NCBI GenBank assembly: GCA_040954595.2
Contig: CM082577.2
Coordinates: forward strand, 14,391,903-14,455,902
From: Balanoglossus misakiensis
Taxonomy: Eukaryota; Animalia; Hemichordata
Length of the DNA stretch: 64,000 nucleotides
Direction: 5' to 3'
Shown here: positions 24,606 through 38,341 of the stretch, in pieces
Position numbering within the stretch: the first letter of the stretch is position 1
Layout: the number at the start of each line of letters is the position of its first letter
Notes under the pieces: generated by a model
The model's database searches: none
The model's input: the letters and a program-made list of their open reading frames with translations, nothing else
What the model was told of the DNA's origin: nothing
Position numbers and translations under genes: made by a program

Positions 24606-27600
24606 TAGACCCTGAGCCAGTAGTGGTTTACCTCCCCCCCCCCCCCCCCCCCCGGGGGGGAATTTTCGAGACAATGTTTTTCTGAAAGCCTATCATATAC
24701 TGAGTAAAATTCACTTTGTTTGCCATCTGGGCACCGGGGCGTTTTCGAGTTATTGGCTTCTAAATTATATTGGGTAACGTATGTAGGAAAGCCTAAAAGT
24801 GCATATAAATTGACGTAAGGGGTAAATTAGTCTTGTAAAATACTGTCTCTCTGAACGTATACCTCGAACAACAGGGATGTATTTAGTATCAAAAGAAAGC
24901 TTAATAAACAAGCTTTCCATTAATTACAAAATAAAAGTGATATGACAAATCATGACATCATAGTGACGTCATAAGTCAAAATACCCTTACGAAAATGGTG
25001 TTCTGTTCACCTATAAATGTGAGGTTTTGCAAAACATGTCTCTGTGCAATTGTACTGATGAAAACTGTGATGTGTTTGATATCAACAGAAAGCTGATTGA
25101 GTAAAGTATCTAATTATTGCCAAAAATTGATATAATAATCAATTACGTCATCATTACGTCATACTTCCAAGTACTCTTACCAATTAGTGACTATGATGAT
25201 AAGTTATTACCCTAGGAGATAGGTGCCTTTAAATAAAAAAAAATTGGTAAGGAAGGTTTGTGAAGTCCATTCTATGTAAAAAAAATGGTGCTGATTCCAA
25301 AAAAGTCAGTCTTATTGACCCCACCCAAGACAAAATTGCCATTTTGGCACTTTTTAACCCAACAAAGGTCATTTTTAGAAAACACTAAAAACACACTGTT
25401 TTCGTCACATTCGAAGATCTGATGACATATGATATGCCTATTCTATGTAAAATTTGGTTGATATTACGAAAAAAGCAGTCTGACTGACCCCACCCAAGAC
25501 AAAATTGCCATTTTGGCACTTTTTAACCCAAAAAAGGTCATTTTTAGAAAACACTAAAAACACACTGTTTTTTTCACATTCAAAGATCTGATGACATATG
25601 ATATGCCTATTCTATGTAAAATTTGGTTGATATTACGAAAAAAGCAGTCTGACTGACCCCACCCAAGACAAAATTGCCATTTTGGCACTTTTTAACCCAA
25701 AAAAGGTCATTTTTAGAAAACACTAAAAACACACTGTTTTCGTCACATTCGAAGATCTGATGACATATGATATGCCTATTCTATGTAAAATTTGGTTGAT
25801 ATTACGAAAAAAGCAGTCTGACTGACCCCAAACGAGACAGAATTGCCTTTTTGACCATTTTTTTGCCCAAAAACGTCATTTTTAGACAAAATTTAAAACA
25901 CACTCTTCTCTTCATATTGATTGATTTGATGATATATGGAAAGTCAATTATATGTGTAAAATGGTGACTATAAAACATAAAGCAGTCTTTTTGACCCCAA
26001 TCAATACAAAAATGCTATTTTTGGCCACATTTTGAGGTCAAAAAGGTCATTTTTACAAAAAAACTAAAAACAAACTGTTTTCTTCATATTCAGAGATCTG
26101 ATTATGTATGAAAAGTCCATTCTATGTAAAAAAAAAAATCTGATTGAACCCATTCTAGTCAAAATTGCGTTTTTGGCAATTTATTGCCTAAAAAGACCTA
26201 CTTAAGACAAATTTATCATTTTAAACATTTTCTAGAGAAAAAAAATGTTTGCATTTGGAGATAGCCCAAATTGAACTCATAATGATGATGAAACAGCGTC
26301 GAGAGTAAAAGAAGTTATACGAATTGAACCAAAGTCGCATCGATGAATCTAAACACGTCGCCCAGGACCAAGCATTAAACATGATACAGGCGACAAAAAG
26401 ACAGGCACTGCACGTGGCAAACTCCCAAATATTCACTTAGAGCATCTCCAAATTGAAACGTCAAGGAATTTAAGAGTTTTTATTATATTTATTAGCATTT
26501 TTCCTGTTGTGTGCTAGTTCATGGGCCAGTTTTAGCTCTATTGAGTATTTAGCATCGTGGGATTGCACTCCTGTCCAATCAGAATGACGGAGGTATCATG
26601 ATATAATATAATTTCTGATTTTGTATTCAGAACGAAGAGGATAAATGTCAACAATCTACCCGGAGCTGGTATAGATGTACATAACAGAATTTATACCATG
26701 TATAACCGACTTATAGTATACAGTGTGAATACATGGATCGTCTCGTTTTATTGTTGAGTTGCATTTTAGGCTAAATGTGCCAAATTGTGGCAACTCTGCC
26801 TTTCAATATCATCAATTCAACTGATATCATATGGTATGACATTTTAAATATGCAAATATAACATCAAAACTCAAAAGTAAAAAAACACCAATTATTTTGT
26901 TTTCTGAAAAAGACAATTGTTGACTAGAAGATGGCTTAGTGGCAATTTTGTATTGAGTGGGGTCTTAATAAGACTGTTGTGTTGGTATCAGCATATTTTT
27001 TGCAAAAAAGGGACTTTCCATTCATAATCAAACATTTAAATACGAAGAAAACTGCTTGTTTTCATTTTTTCTTGAAATGACCCTTTGACCAAAAAATGGC
27101 CAAAATGACAATTTTGTAGAGCTAAAAAGAATTTTTTTTTTGGAATCGGCTCCCTTTCAACATAAATGGACCTTCTCCGTACATCATAAGATCTCTGAAA
27201 ATAAAGAAAGAAGTTTCAAACAGTTACCTTTTTTGAGCAAAGTGGCCAAAGTGGCATTTTTTCCCTCTGTGGAGTCAGTAAGAGTGCTTTTTTGGAAAAA
27301 TCGCTACTTTTAAGATAGAATGGACTTTTATTTATTATTAGTTGCAAACATTTTTTTCTCTAGAAAATGTTCAAAATTATAAATTTGTCTTAAGTAGGTC
27401 TTTTGAGGCAATAAATTGCGAAAAACGCAATTTTGACTAGAATGGGGTCAATCAGATTTTTTTTTTACATAGAATGGACTTTTCATACATAATCAGATCT
27501 CTGAATATGAAGAAAATAGTTTGGTTTTAGTTTTTTGTAAAAATGACCTTTTCGACCTCAAAAATGTGGCCCAAAATGGCATTTTTGTATTGATTGGGGT

Positions 27601-28807
27601 CAAAAAGACTGCTTTATGTTTTATAGTCACCATTTTACACACAGAATTGACTTTCCATATATCATCAAATCAATCAATATGAAGAGAAGCGTGTGTTTTA
27701 AGTTTTGTCTAAAAATGACGTTTTTGGGCAAAAAATGGTCAAAAAGGCAATTCTGTCTCGTTTGGGGGTCAGTCAGACTGCTTTTTTCGGAATATCAACC
27801 AAATTTTACATAGAATAGGCATATCATATGTCATCAGATCTTCGAATGTGACGAAAACAGTGTGTTTTTAGTGTTTTCTAAAAATGACCTTTTTTGGGTT
27901 AAAACGTGCCAAAATGGCAATTTTGTCTTGGGTGGGGTCAGTCAGACTGCTTTTTTCGTAATATCAACCAAATTTTACATAGAATAGCCATATCATATGT
28001 CATCAGATCTTCGAATGTGACGAAAACAGTGTGTTTTTAGTGTTTTCTAAAAATGACCTTTGTTGGGTTAAAAAGTGCCAAAATGGCAATTTTGTCTTGG
28101 GTGGGGTCAATAAGACTGACTTTTTTGGAATCAGCACCATTTTACATAGAATGGACTTCACAAACCTTCCTTACCAATTTTTTTTATTTAAAGGCACCTA
28201 TCTCCTAGGGTAATAACTTATCATCATAGTCACTAATTGGTAAGAGTACTTGGAAGTATGACGTAATGATGACGTAATTGATTATTATATCAATTTTTTG
28301 CAATAATTAGATACTTTACTCAATCAGCTTTCTGTTGATATCTAACACATCACAGTTTTCATCAGTACAATTGCACAGAGACATGTTTTGCAAAACCTCA
28401 CATTTATAGGTGAACAGAACACCATTTTCGTAAGGGTATTTTGACTTATGACGTCACTATGATGTCATGATTTGTCATATCACTTTTATTTTGTAATTAA
28501 TGGAAAGCTTGTTTATTAAGCTTTCTTTTGATACCAAATACATCCCTGTTGTTCGAGGTATACGTTCAGAGAGACAGTATTTTACAAGACTAATTTACCC
28601 CCCTACGTCAATTTATATGCACTTTTAGGCTTTCCTACATACGTTACCCAATATAATTTAGAAGCCAATAACTCGAAAACGCCCCGGTGCCCAGATGGCA
28701 AACAAAGTGAATTTTACTCAGTATATGATAGGCTTTCAGAAAAACATTGTCTCGAAAATTCCCCCGGGGGGGGGGGGGGAGGTAAACCTCTACTGGCTCA
28801 TGGTCTA
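24606..28807. mobile_element. Foldback-type non-autonomous DNA element with ~1.5-1.65 kb inverted arms
   Basis: 24606-~26253 is the near-perfect reverse complement of ~27342-28807. Ends are TAGACC..GGTCTA with a TAA duplication, and the arms contain 169-bp tandem units. Confidence 0.92.
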
Positions 28808-31800
28808 TAACTGGTTATCGTAACTATTTCACGGGTGTTGTGGGTCAGTACATATTGAATGGTTCGAGTTAACCTAATTTCATTTTATCACCCGAGTGGA
28901 AGCAAATATATATCTGCAGGCGAACTTAGGTAGAGGTGTCTGTGTGTGACTGTTCAAGAGTATATTTACGTCGAAAGTTTGGGGTGAGGTTCTTTATTAG
29001 AGTCAAATACAGTTAACTCGTTTGGTGTACACAAGGTTTAATGACGTATGGTCAATTAGCGTATTCTTCATGCTCCCTTATTGTTTATATGTAAAGCTAC
29101 GATACCCCCTGCATGACATGCCGAAGTACAATGTCAACAAAACTACCGTCATGTGATCACATGTGCCATTTAAGGTTATCATTGCTGACCTGAACTGCGC
29201 CACTGTGTGATGCCTATGGACGAGGAAGTGCAAGCAGAGAAAATCTGCAAACTTAACAGATATCAGATCGTGGGATGCCGCAATTTAGGTAAGTCTTGAT
29301 GACCAAAAAAACACGAATCTACCGTAATGAGAGCATTGCGAGTATTCGGCGAAGTTTTGCGAGATAAAACATGATCACTTTGTGACTGAACGCAGCACCC
29401 AGTTTGTTTTTCGTGTATTCACACGAATGCAATTGAAGCAACAGACCAAACTCCACAGCACCACAGGTTTGCATTATGCCTCTACTCGACGTCAGTAGTC
29501 GTCTTTCTTTAGAATCACTGTGGATTAAAACACCTGGCCTGCATAACCATGAAAATTACTTGTTAGCAAACAATCCGGCTCTGATCTGAACACAAATGGC
29601 GGCCAATGAATCGGGGGTGGGGGTGTCACTTTGTTTGCTGTAGTGTAGCGAGGCGAGAAATTCATCTGAACAAAGAGACACACCATGCAAGCTCATTTAA
29701 TCTTTGACTAGTATATGACGTGTCAAACCGAACCGCCTTCATTATAAAATGTGTTATTTGTCGTGCGCACAGTCGTTTGGGAACTTAAATGTATAAACTG
29801 CGATATCACACCTATGGCTTGGGCAAGGGGCAAGTCATGAAACGACATACATTGCAAAGTTCGAAAGATGTTTTCACTCACACAAAAGCCAAATTTAATC
29901 AATAAATCGACATCGATACGACCCATTCCATGTCAGATTTCATACATGAAATCTTGGCTTGTTTTGCAATCCAAAGAAACAGGCTGCCTCATGTATTTTA
30001 ATTCATTTATGCAAGTTCATGAATATAACCTGGCGTGAAACACCCAAAAGGTATTGAATGTGTAAGTATTTTCGATTTAATTTGTATCCGGAGAAATATT
30101 GGCCCTCGATACACAATGTTTGGCGCCCCAATAAAGATAAAGCGACTTGAAAATGTCCTTGAAAAAGCCCTGCCTGTACGCGCCTATTTGAAATTTAATG
30201 ACAACAAAGTTATTTAGCGGACTGCCCTGTTTTCCGAGTTGTTGTGTTGCTAGCACTTGAGTGTTTACTTTAGGCTGGTGGCTTTGGAACTCGAGCCAGT
30301 TTGTCTTCTATAGGGACCTGGTATGGGAAACAATCCTCGCATAGACCAGCACCAGTAATAAAAAAAATATTTACCATATCAGTTTGCCTTTGTATTATAG
30401 TAAATTATATCAGTGCTACAATTCCAGCAGTGTCGTGATCGGCTGAGAGCCTATTTAATTTATGCAAGCCATGGTTAAATAGAGCATAATGTACTCTCCG
30501 TAGGCTCATTATTATGAATATACAAGTTGAATGCTTAAACAAAGATATGGAGAGTAAGATTTACATATCATGTAAATTTAAATTTTCTGTAACTTAAAAT
30601 AATATTCATTTGACAATGTGATAGGATCTTATTCTGATTGTCTCCATATTTGGAGTGTGTGAGTATTTCAGTAGAGTGTTAAAATGCTTGTTCTGGGGCC
30701 CACGATTTAATCAATGTTACTACAGAACAACCCTCTCCATAGATTTTTTTGAATGTGGCCCACACATATCAATGTTAATGTCTAAAGAGTTACATAATCG
30801 AGTTGATATAATACAAGACCAGTAATCCCCCGCCGATACACCACTCGATATAGCACAATTCACGACATATATGCACGAGTCGCCGGCGAGTGCATATATG
30901 GAGTGAATTGTGCTATAAATGAAGATTCCTGATCTCTGGATTGCAAACAGCCAGACCCTCATCCCAGAATGCATTGTCAACAGCAGATTTCTAAATTCGG
31001 ATGAGTGATGACATACGTCTAACCACAAAGAAAGAAATATGCAAAACCTGTATCGTCACTGTTTCTTCAGTCAGTGTTCAATAAGCGTACCTACTTTATA
31101 TTACAGCATTTGTCGTCAAAGTTGAAAAACAATCTGGGATTCTCAAACAACACCGCAGACGAGGAACTTTGGCCTGTCGTAAGTTTCTTTTCTATTTTGA
31201 GCTGTCGCATATGAATATGCCGTTTCTTCGCCCTTCGTACTCATTCAAATTTCTGAAGCCATATCCGTATATGAAACCTGTGCACGAAATATTTTCAGAA
31301 GGCAATGTCATATCGCACATATATTTCTCACACTCCTGGCCGCTGGGAGTGTGGGATAGAGAGTGTGGGATCAAATTGATCCCACACTCTGTGTTAATGC
31401 GCACACAGACAACTGTTATCTGACACGAGCTCTGATTGGATAATGATATCCATACCCCTCAGAACGAGCAAATATTATCCAATTGTGTGATGTGCTGTAC
31501 ACAAACCCGAACTACAATGTGATCAGGTCATGTGCAGATTACAGTGGTGTACGTGGTTGGAGACAGACAAAAAAATGGTTGTATTTTCTAGATATCGCGT
31601 GAATTTATGTCACTGGAAACATTCTCCATATTTTAATGTGTTGAGCACATTTTTATAGCATGTGTGTACTGTAAACTCGTGATGAAATGGGGACTATGTT
31701 TTGCGGGGCGGATCAATATATGACCGGTCATGCAGTTATCATTTGGTATTTTATATATTTAGTTCTTTTATTGTAAATAAATGTTAATATCGCAAATTTC

Positions 31801-31813
31801 TGGTCGTGGGAGA

Positions 31814-31967
31814 AATAGAATCTCACACACCAAGGACCTGGGATCGTATTTCTCACACTCGTCGGAGATATGTTGTCCCACACTCGCCTGCGGCTCGTGT
31901 GGGACAAAAAATCCCCAACTCGTGTGAGAAATACGATCCGAGGTCCTTGGGAGTGTGAGATTCTATT
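31814..31967. repeat. Hairpin (palindromic) MITE-like repeat
   Basis: Inverted arms around a central CTCGCCTGCGGCTCG. Confidence 0.75.
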
Positions 31968-32561
31968 AATCTCTCACCAGTACAATCACTTTACACAATA
32001 CTTGCATGCTGCGCCAATTGGGTGTAATCGTACATTTTACGGCTTATACATAATGGTATAAATAAACGGCATTCTTCTCCAACTACAGATGAACAATAAT
32101 TGGTTTTGTTGACAAATACTGAATGCAACGGGGCTAATATATACATCGCCGTCAGAATATCGGACTGGTGTCTACACTCATCGCTTAATATCACGTCCCA
32201 TAAATACACCTCTGGTATGTAACCAAATATAAGTATAATAATAAAAGAAGCAATTGCCAAAAAACTCAGGAAGTGAAACAAATAGGCCTTAATCTTTCAT
32301 GCTGTAAGTGGTTTGTGGTCTACTATGCAAACATGACACCGTGCATGCTATGTTAATGTGTTTCTTTTTGATGGAAATAAAAATTTCATTTTCATTGACT
32401 TTTAAAAATGTCATTAGAAATCGATGCCTATCAAGTTAAATATTTCGATATCGCGTGACACATTTATGACAGGGCAACACTGTTATCTTGCAGCCTAGCA
32501 ACGAAGTGAAGGCAATCAACCACACATTAATTTGTTGCTGAGATAGACCAGGAAGTGAAGA

Positions 32562-34535
32562 ATGGAAACTCGGCTGAAGACAGTTCCCCACTGCGACTTT
32601 TGCAAAAGAAATGACGCAAGTAATGTATGTGTAGACTGCAAACAGAACTACTGTCCTGAATGTTCTAAAGGCCACCTGCTTATACCCGTGTTGAAAGACC
32701 ACAAAATGGTCCCGTTTGAGGAATTTTACGCAGCTCAGTCCAAAGAGAACCCTTTGATAATGAAAGAATGTATTTGCTCCATTCACAAAGATTCAGTCAT
32801 TGAATTGTATTGCAGCACATGTAATTATCCAATATGCAAGAAATGTCAAGTGGATGTCCACAACACAGCTGAGCACGACTGTAAAGATATCACGTTCGCG
32901 AAGGCTGGCGCTGTTCACATTATTGGTCAGATTCAGGAAAGCTTTTCGAGTGAAAAGGCAAAATACAAAGAACACCAAAAGAACAGGAAAGTTGCACTGA
33001 CAGACATCGGAAATTGGTATGCGCAGCAAACTAGAGCAATTAACGCGCATACCGAAACGGTTATAACAAGTTTGAAAGCTGAGAAAGAGAACTTACTCAA
33101 ACGCCTGACCGAATCTTATTCGAAAACCAGGGATGGGATACAGGAGGAATTAGATAAGCTCCAAAATTGGGAAGCTGAGGTCGATTTGACTATGTCTCAG
33201 TTAGACGGGTTGAGAAATTATGGCAATCCTGCCCAGATTGTGTCTTATGTTCAGATCGAGAAAAGTAGCAATATTGAAACCGATATAACGGATATACCTG
33301 TCTATTGTGACATAGGTTTAGTACAGAGATTCGCGGCCCTTGACATTCAATCCGACGGACGCATCGGGATGATAGACGAGGTTAGTGTTAAAGCAGGGGA
33401 TCTGCAACTTACAACTGAAGCTTTGGGGAGAGTTAGGTGTGGCGAAATCGTTCATGTAGACTTACGGGCCGATATTCTTGACAAAATAAAGACATCCATT
33501 GCCAGACGAGACGTAACTGCTGAATTAAGACGGCGTGATAAACGTGTCGAGCTCTTAGATGTTATGTGCCATGATGATGGAAAGCTAGTGGTGAAGGTAC
33601 TGTGCTGTTCCAAAGGGGGACATGAGTTGGTTGTTCAATTAGGCGGGACTAATATAAAGAATTCGCCTGTTCACTTCAAGGTGACGTCATCGTGGACCCG
33701 ACTCGATCTTTCGGACACTGACGAAGGCGAAATGAATGGGGTACGGGGAATAGCCATTGATCAAAAGGGTGATGTTATCGTAGCAGACCCTGTCAACAAG
33801 CGGATTCAAAGACTAACTTACAAAAGGGCAACTAAGGGTAGCAAGTACACTATGAGAAAAAAGGTCTTGCCCTCCGAGTTAGTTATCGTTCCTCAATGCA
33901 TTGCTGTGTCGACGGAAAATGAGTATTACTTCACGGAAGTCAATAAAAACGAAGTATGCGTTTGCGATGAGTCGGGTAACATCAACAGGGGTTTCGGTAA
34001 TCCTGATTTTCACTTAACCGTTGGTGTCGCTATCGACGACGTTAAAGGCGCGGTATATGTCACTGGCAGTGATAAGAAAGGGGAGGCTGTGATAGTATCG
34101 TTCACAAAGAGAGAGGGGGCGTTCCGTAAAGCTATAGGTAGGAAGGTTGCCGACGAGGATACGCTCGGCAGGCCGTTTGGAATTGCCGTTAACAGCCGAA
34201 GTAACGTAGTGGTGGCGGACAGGGATAAAAACAGGATTCAAATTTACGATGAAGAATCGGGGAGCTTAATCGCTTCTTATGGTTCCTGTGGTACAAATCC
34301 TGGCCAGTTTAAACATCCTGAGGGTCTGGTTGTAGACGAACTCGACAACATCATTGTTTGCGACAATGGTAACGACAGAGTCCATAAATTCGACAAGCAA
34401 GGTCGTTTCGTTTGTTGTGTCGATGACGTCACTCTGAAAGGTCCAATGGGAGTCGCGTATGATCGTGGCAATCATCGAATCGTTGTGGCGGATGCCAACG
34501 GCCTTCATATCTACGGTTCGGCAAACAGCGACTAA
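32562..34535 (+). CDS. TRIM-NHL family protein (2 B-boxes, coiled coil, filamin-like domain, NHL repeats), intronless and lacking a RING
   Basis: 657-aa ORF with CDFC..CVDCKQNYCPEC..H, CSIH..LYCSTCNYPICKKC..H, and NHL repeats such as RPFGIAVNSRSNVVVADRDKNRIQIYD and GQFKHPEGLVVD. Confidence 0.9.
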   Translation: METRLKTVPHCDFCKRNDASNVCVDCKQNYCPECSKGHLLIPVLKDHKMVPFEEFYAAQSKENPLIMKECICSIHKDSVIELYCSTCNYPICKKCQVDVHNTAEHDCKDITFAKAGAVHIIGQIQESFSSEKAKYKEHQKNRKVALTDIGNWYAQQTRAINAHTETVITSLKAEKENLLKRLTESYSKTRDGIQEELDKLQNWEAEVDLTMSQLDGLRNYGNPAQIVSYVQIEKSSNIETDITDIPVYCDIGLVQRFAALDIQSDGRIGMIDEVSVKAGDLQLTTEALGRVRCGEIVHVDLRADILDKIKTSIARRDVTAELRRRDKRVELLDVMCHDDGKLVVKVLCCSKGGHELVVQLGGTNIKNSPVHFKVTSSWTRLDLSDTDEGEMNGVRGIAIDQKGDVIVADPVNKRIQRLTYKRATKGSKYTMRKKVLPSELVIVPQCIAVSTENEYYFTEVNKNEVCVCDESGNINRGFGNPDFHLTVGVAIDDVKGAVYVTGSDKKGEAVIVSFTKREGAFRKAIGRKVADEDTLGRPFGIAVNSRSNVVVADRDKNRIQIYDEESGSLIASYGSCGTNPGQFKHPEGLVVDELDNIIVCDNGNDRVHKFDKQGRFVCCVDDVTLKGPMGVAYDRGNHRIVVADANGLHIYGSANSD

Positions 34536-34913
34536 ACTATTTTCAAACCAATTCTGGTATACGGTCACCTGTGTAAACTTGCGCATAGAAAGTGGTGATA
34601 TAGCCAATCACTGAAACACGCGAAAAATAAAACTACCACGTGGTCGTAAAACACCCAGACGCGTCATTTTAAATGTCAGTCGGAAGTAAATATAATTCTC
34701 AGCTTTTAAACTTGTCGATCGGTGAAAGAAAACGATGTCACCAATGTTAGTAGACTTACTTTGATGGTTGTTTATACACTTGCACGCTAATGGACAAAAA
34801 TCACACATGCGACTACCAATTTTTGTCTCCGTTGAACATGATATTCTATTAAAGAAACTGTCTATATGGAGTCAACGGTTCATCAACAAATTGGTTTCAT
34901 TCATATCTTATAT

Positions 34914-35234
34914 TATATTATACCAGTATATTGATGGTGTAAATCACGATATTTGATTGGTCGAGACACGACACGTGACCGTGATATATTAGCCATATAC
35001 CACAGTCATATATCATAGTCAAAGAAAATGCCTTTTTAAAATGTTTTATGCAAAGTTTCAATATACTGGCATAATATAATAGCAATAAAACACCCCCAGC
35101 CATGGTATACCACGAGATTTTGACCAGTTCAACTCCATATACGCACTCGCTATCGCTCGTGCGTATATGTCGTGAACTGGTCAAAATCTCGTGGTATACC
35201 ATGGCTGGGGGGGGGGGGGGGTTATTGCTTAAAT
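34914..35234. repeat. ~320-bp dispersed repeat with a terminal hairpin, copy 1
   Basis: Near-identical direct copy at 36177-36491; palindromic part centred on CTCGCTATCGCTCG. Confidence 0.85.
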
Positions 35235-36176
35235 AATAACTCAATATCTTTAGTTACACCTGCGAGGAGTCGAAGAAATTACCTGTATTATATGGTTCCA
35301 CAGGATTCCTTTTTATGACCCATTTGCCTTGAATATTCATATTCATAAATGCCACCCTTCCCTCATTTATTCTTGAAACGGGCAATTTAAGAATGTATAT
35401 ATTGAATAGATGATCACACGCTATGTGTATCAGGCTCAACTATGACTGAAGCTCACCCGTTTCCATGTCGGTTTCAGCAAAGTCATGTCAATCACTACCA
35501 CTAAGAGAAATGTACGATCGTCTCTTAACGCCCCAAAGTCAATCGCCTAATGTATGCCATCACAATGTTACTTTAAATGTACTGATTAATGACACTGTCA
35601 TCTCTAATATATTTACTAATACTATTCTTGATTTATACAAACTCTGTTTTACTGCATAATTGTTTTGTATCATGTTTTGTGTGTTCTTCACGGTTTCCTA
35701 TTTTCTTCATACGTCAATGTCTTGTCAGTACGTTCATTTGTTTGTTCTTATTGAGCTGTTTTTTATTATTTTTTTCTGTCAGTCATTTATTTCAAACGAA
35801 CCTGTTGTTGGGGTAACCTGTTGGTCCGTAAATAAATAAATAAAAATCGACAAAACCCTTATTTGGGATGCGCATATAGACAATTTATGGCAAGAAACAG
35901 TCGATTCAAATAGGGATTCTGAGATATTTCCAGCCGTTGAACGATCCCTAGGAATATTATTTTGTTGGTTTATAATGCCACATGTTTTTCTGTCTGCGCT
36001 TACTGTTGTAGTGAACAGGCAAATGTTTCGAAGACCACTATACAAGAAGGTCTGGTATACTCTAGCAGTCGACGGTTAAGTTTCCTCTCGGTCACTTCTT
36101 GCAGGTTTCAGTCGGCGAACTGTTTTTTTTTTCAAATTGATTCATTCGTTGCAGTGCAGACATGTAAAATATTGAT

Positions 36177-36491
36177 TATATTATACCAGTATATTGATTG
36201 TGTAAATCACGCTATTTTATTGGTCGAGACACGACACGTGACTGTGATATATTAGTCGTATACCACAGTCATATAACATAGTCAAAGAAAATGCCTTTTT
36301 AAAATGTTTTATGCAAAGTTTCAATATACTGGCATAATATAATAACAATGAAACACCCCCAGCAATGGTATACCACTCGATTTTGACCAATTCAACTCCA
36401 TATACGCACTCGCTATCGCTCGTGCGTATATGTCGTGAACTGGTCAAAATCTCGTGGTATACCATGGCTGGGGGTGTTTTATTGCTTAAAT
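36177..36491. repeat. ~320-bp dispersed repeat with a terminal hairpin, copy 2
   Basis: Matches 34914-35234. Confidence 0.85.
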
Positions 36492-38176
36492 AGTGCTACA
36501 GCTGAATACTTCAACCAGTTTTCTGATGTTTCTGAAGAGTATCATTTCAATACGCAATTATCTATCAAGTGTTCATGTTTCCACTTTTAAGACAGTCATT
36601 GGACAGGGGTGATATGTATACCATGCTACGAACATTTGGAATTAAAATTAACTCGTTCAACAGAAATACCGAAAATCTGTCACAATTCAATGGGAACGGA
36701 ATATTTTGTTTCGCACACTTGAAAAATATTCATTGGATTCTACTTTTAATCATCAATTGCTGTTAATTTTGTTCTTGCTTTGTTCTCTTTCAACCACTAT
36801 TTTTGTAGCGTATTTTCGTCATTTTCTTTTCATTTTCTGTATGTGGAAGACTCTTACATGCACGCTTATATGTAACCAAGACAATGTATTGTAACTAAAC
36901 AAAAACAGCTCTTAAATAAACCATTGTAGTAATTTTACCAATTTTCGAAAAATGTTTATTTTGTTTAATTCCCCCGTTATTGAAACATGTAGTCATAAAA
37001 ATTACAAGATCGATTATGCCCGACCCCGAAGACAAATCTCTGGCTGATATTTTCTCAATGTAGGCTAATTTGTCTTATTACACAGATAAAGGTTTACAGA
37101 CCTGTGGCAGGATTTGTCTGCACCAGGTCTGTCACATGCATGTAGCATACCTGACCTGTCAGGTATACTACATGTCCGACATGCATGCCATGCAGGAGAC
37201 CTGAACTGTCAGACCTACACCTGCAGCAGACCGGGTGAACTTTAGTTGTGTATCGTCTGCAGTCTGATAATCCGAACGTGCGTTCTCTAAAACAACGGCT
37301 GCATATCAGTTTGTTTAAAGTGTTCACATGGTTCAAAGGTGGATCAGCTACCGGCAAATATTGCTGTATGAACATTGCCTTGTTTATGAATGAAAACGAT
37401 TTACAAAACAGTTCTTAAATGGCTTAGTGGTCAGTTATTTTAGCTAGCATCTTCCTCCTATCGAGCTAAAATATTTAATTACAATGGTGTCAGACTAACG
37501 ATTGGACGAGATTGACTTGAAACGATAACATCCAAAGGCATGTAGTGTTAGTCCTGCTCGGTATATACGCTTACGTGTATTTGAAGTGAAATGATTTATT
37601 GCACACTCAGTACGCTGTCAAGAGGTTCAACCGTAAACTGGGTCGCATTCTCAAGTTCTCAAGAACCATACAAAGAGTAAATACTTATTACTCAGTAAAT
37701 ATGTGTACGAGATAACCCCAATGGTGTACAGTAAAATGAACGCAACTTCACTGTGGGTTAATCCATTTATGTTCTAACAACATTTCGACGTTGCTGAGCA
37801 TTGAACACAAAATCTGGACAACAGTTTCAATCAATAGAATGGGAAGACCACGTCATGTACTGTATAGTCACATCAACACATCAGTCTATACTTCTGTCTT
37901 ACATACAAATACACAGTGCTGGTGATTGTTCGCATTCCTTTGGTGTGGCAATTAGTGGTGAACACATGTCTGTGATGTATTTGGTCATTTCACCCACAAT
38001 ATGCTCATGGTTAAGATGAATGTGTTTTTTCCAGGGTCATTAACATACCCTTTAAAGATTTGATTTCTTCAGTATCTACGAAAAAAGTAAACATCCAAGG
38101 TCACTACAAGGTCCAAAAGAGATGATGTGAAGACCATTTCGGTATTCGGATCATGATGTTATATTGAACACATATT

Positions 38177-38341
38177 GCCTGGCCATGAGGGCCATAGCAG
38201 CCGTTTATTACACCCGAGGGGCTGTGAGTTACCAGAATCATAGGCTATTTCCCGAGGGCCGAGGGAAATAGCATATGATTCTGGTAACTCACAGCCACGA
38301 GGGGTAATAAACGGCTGCTATGGCCCGAATATAGGCCAGGC
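38177..38341. repeat. Hairpin MITE-like repeat (partial second copy at ~38605-38680)
   Basis: GCCTGGCC..GGCCATAGCAGCCGTTTATTA arms inverted around GAGGGCCGAGG. Confidence 0.75.

Noticed and set aside
25316-25830. Regularly spaced repeats that might suggest a CRISPR array
   Set aside because: Whole 169-bp units repeat with no unique spacers; eukaryotic context and no cas genes
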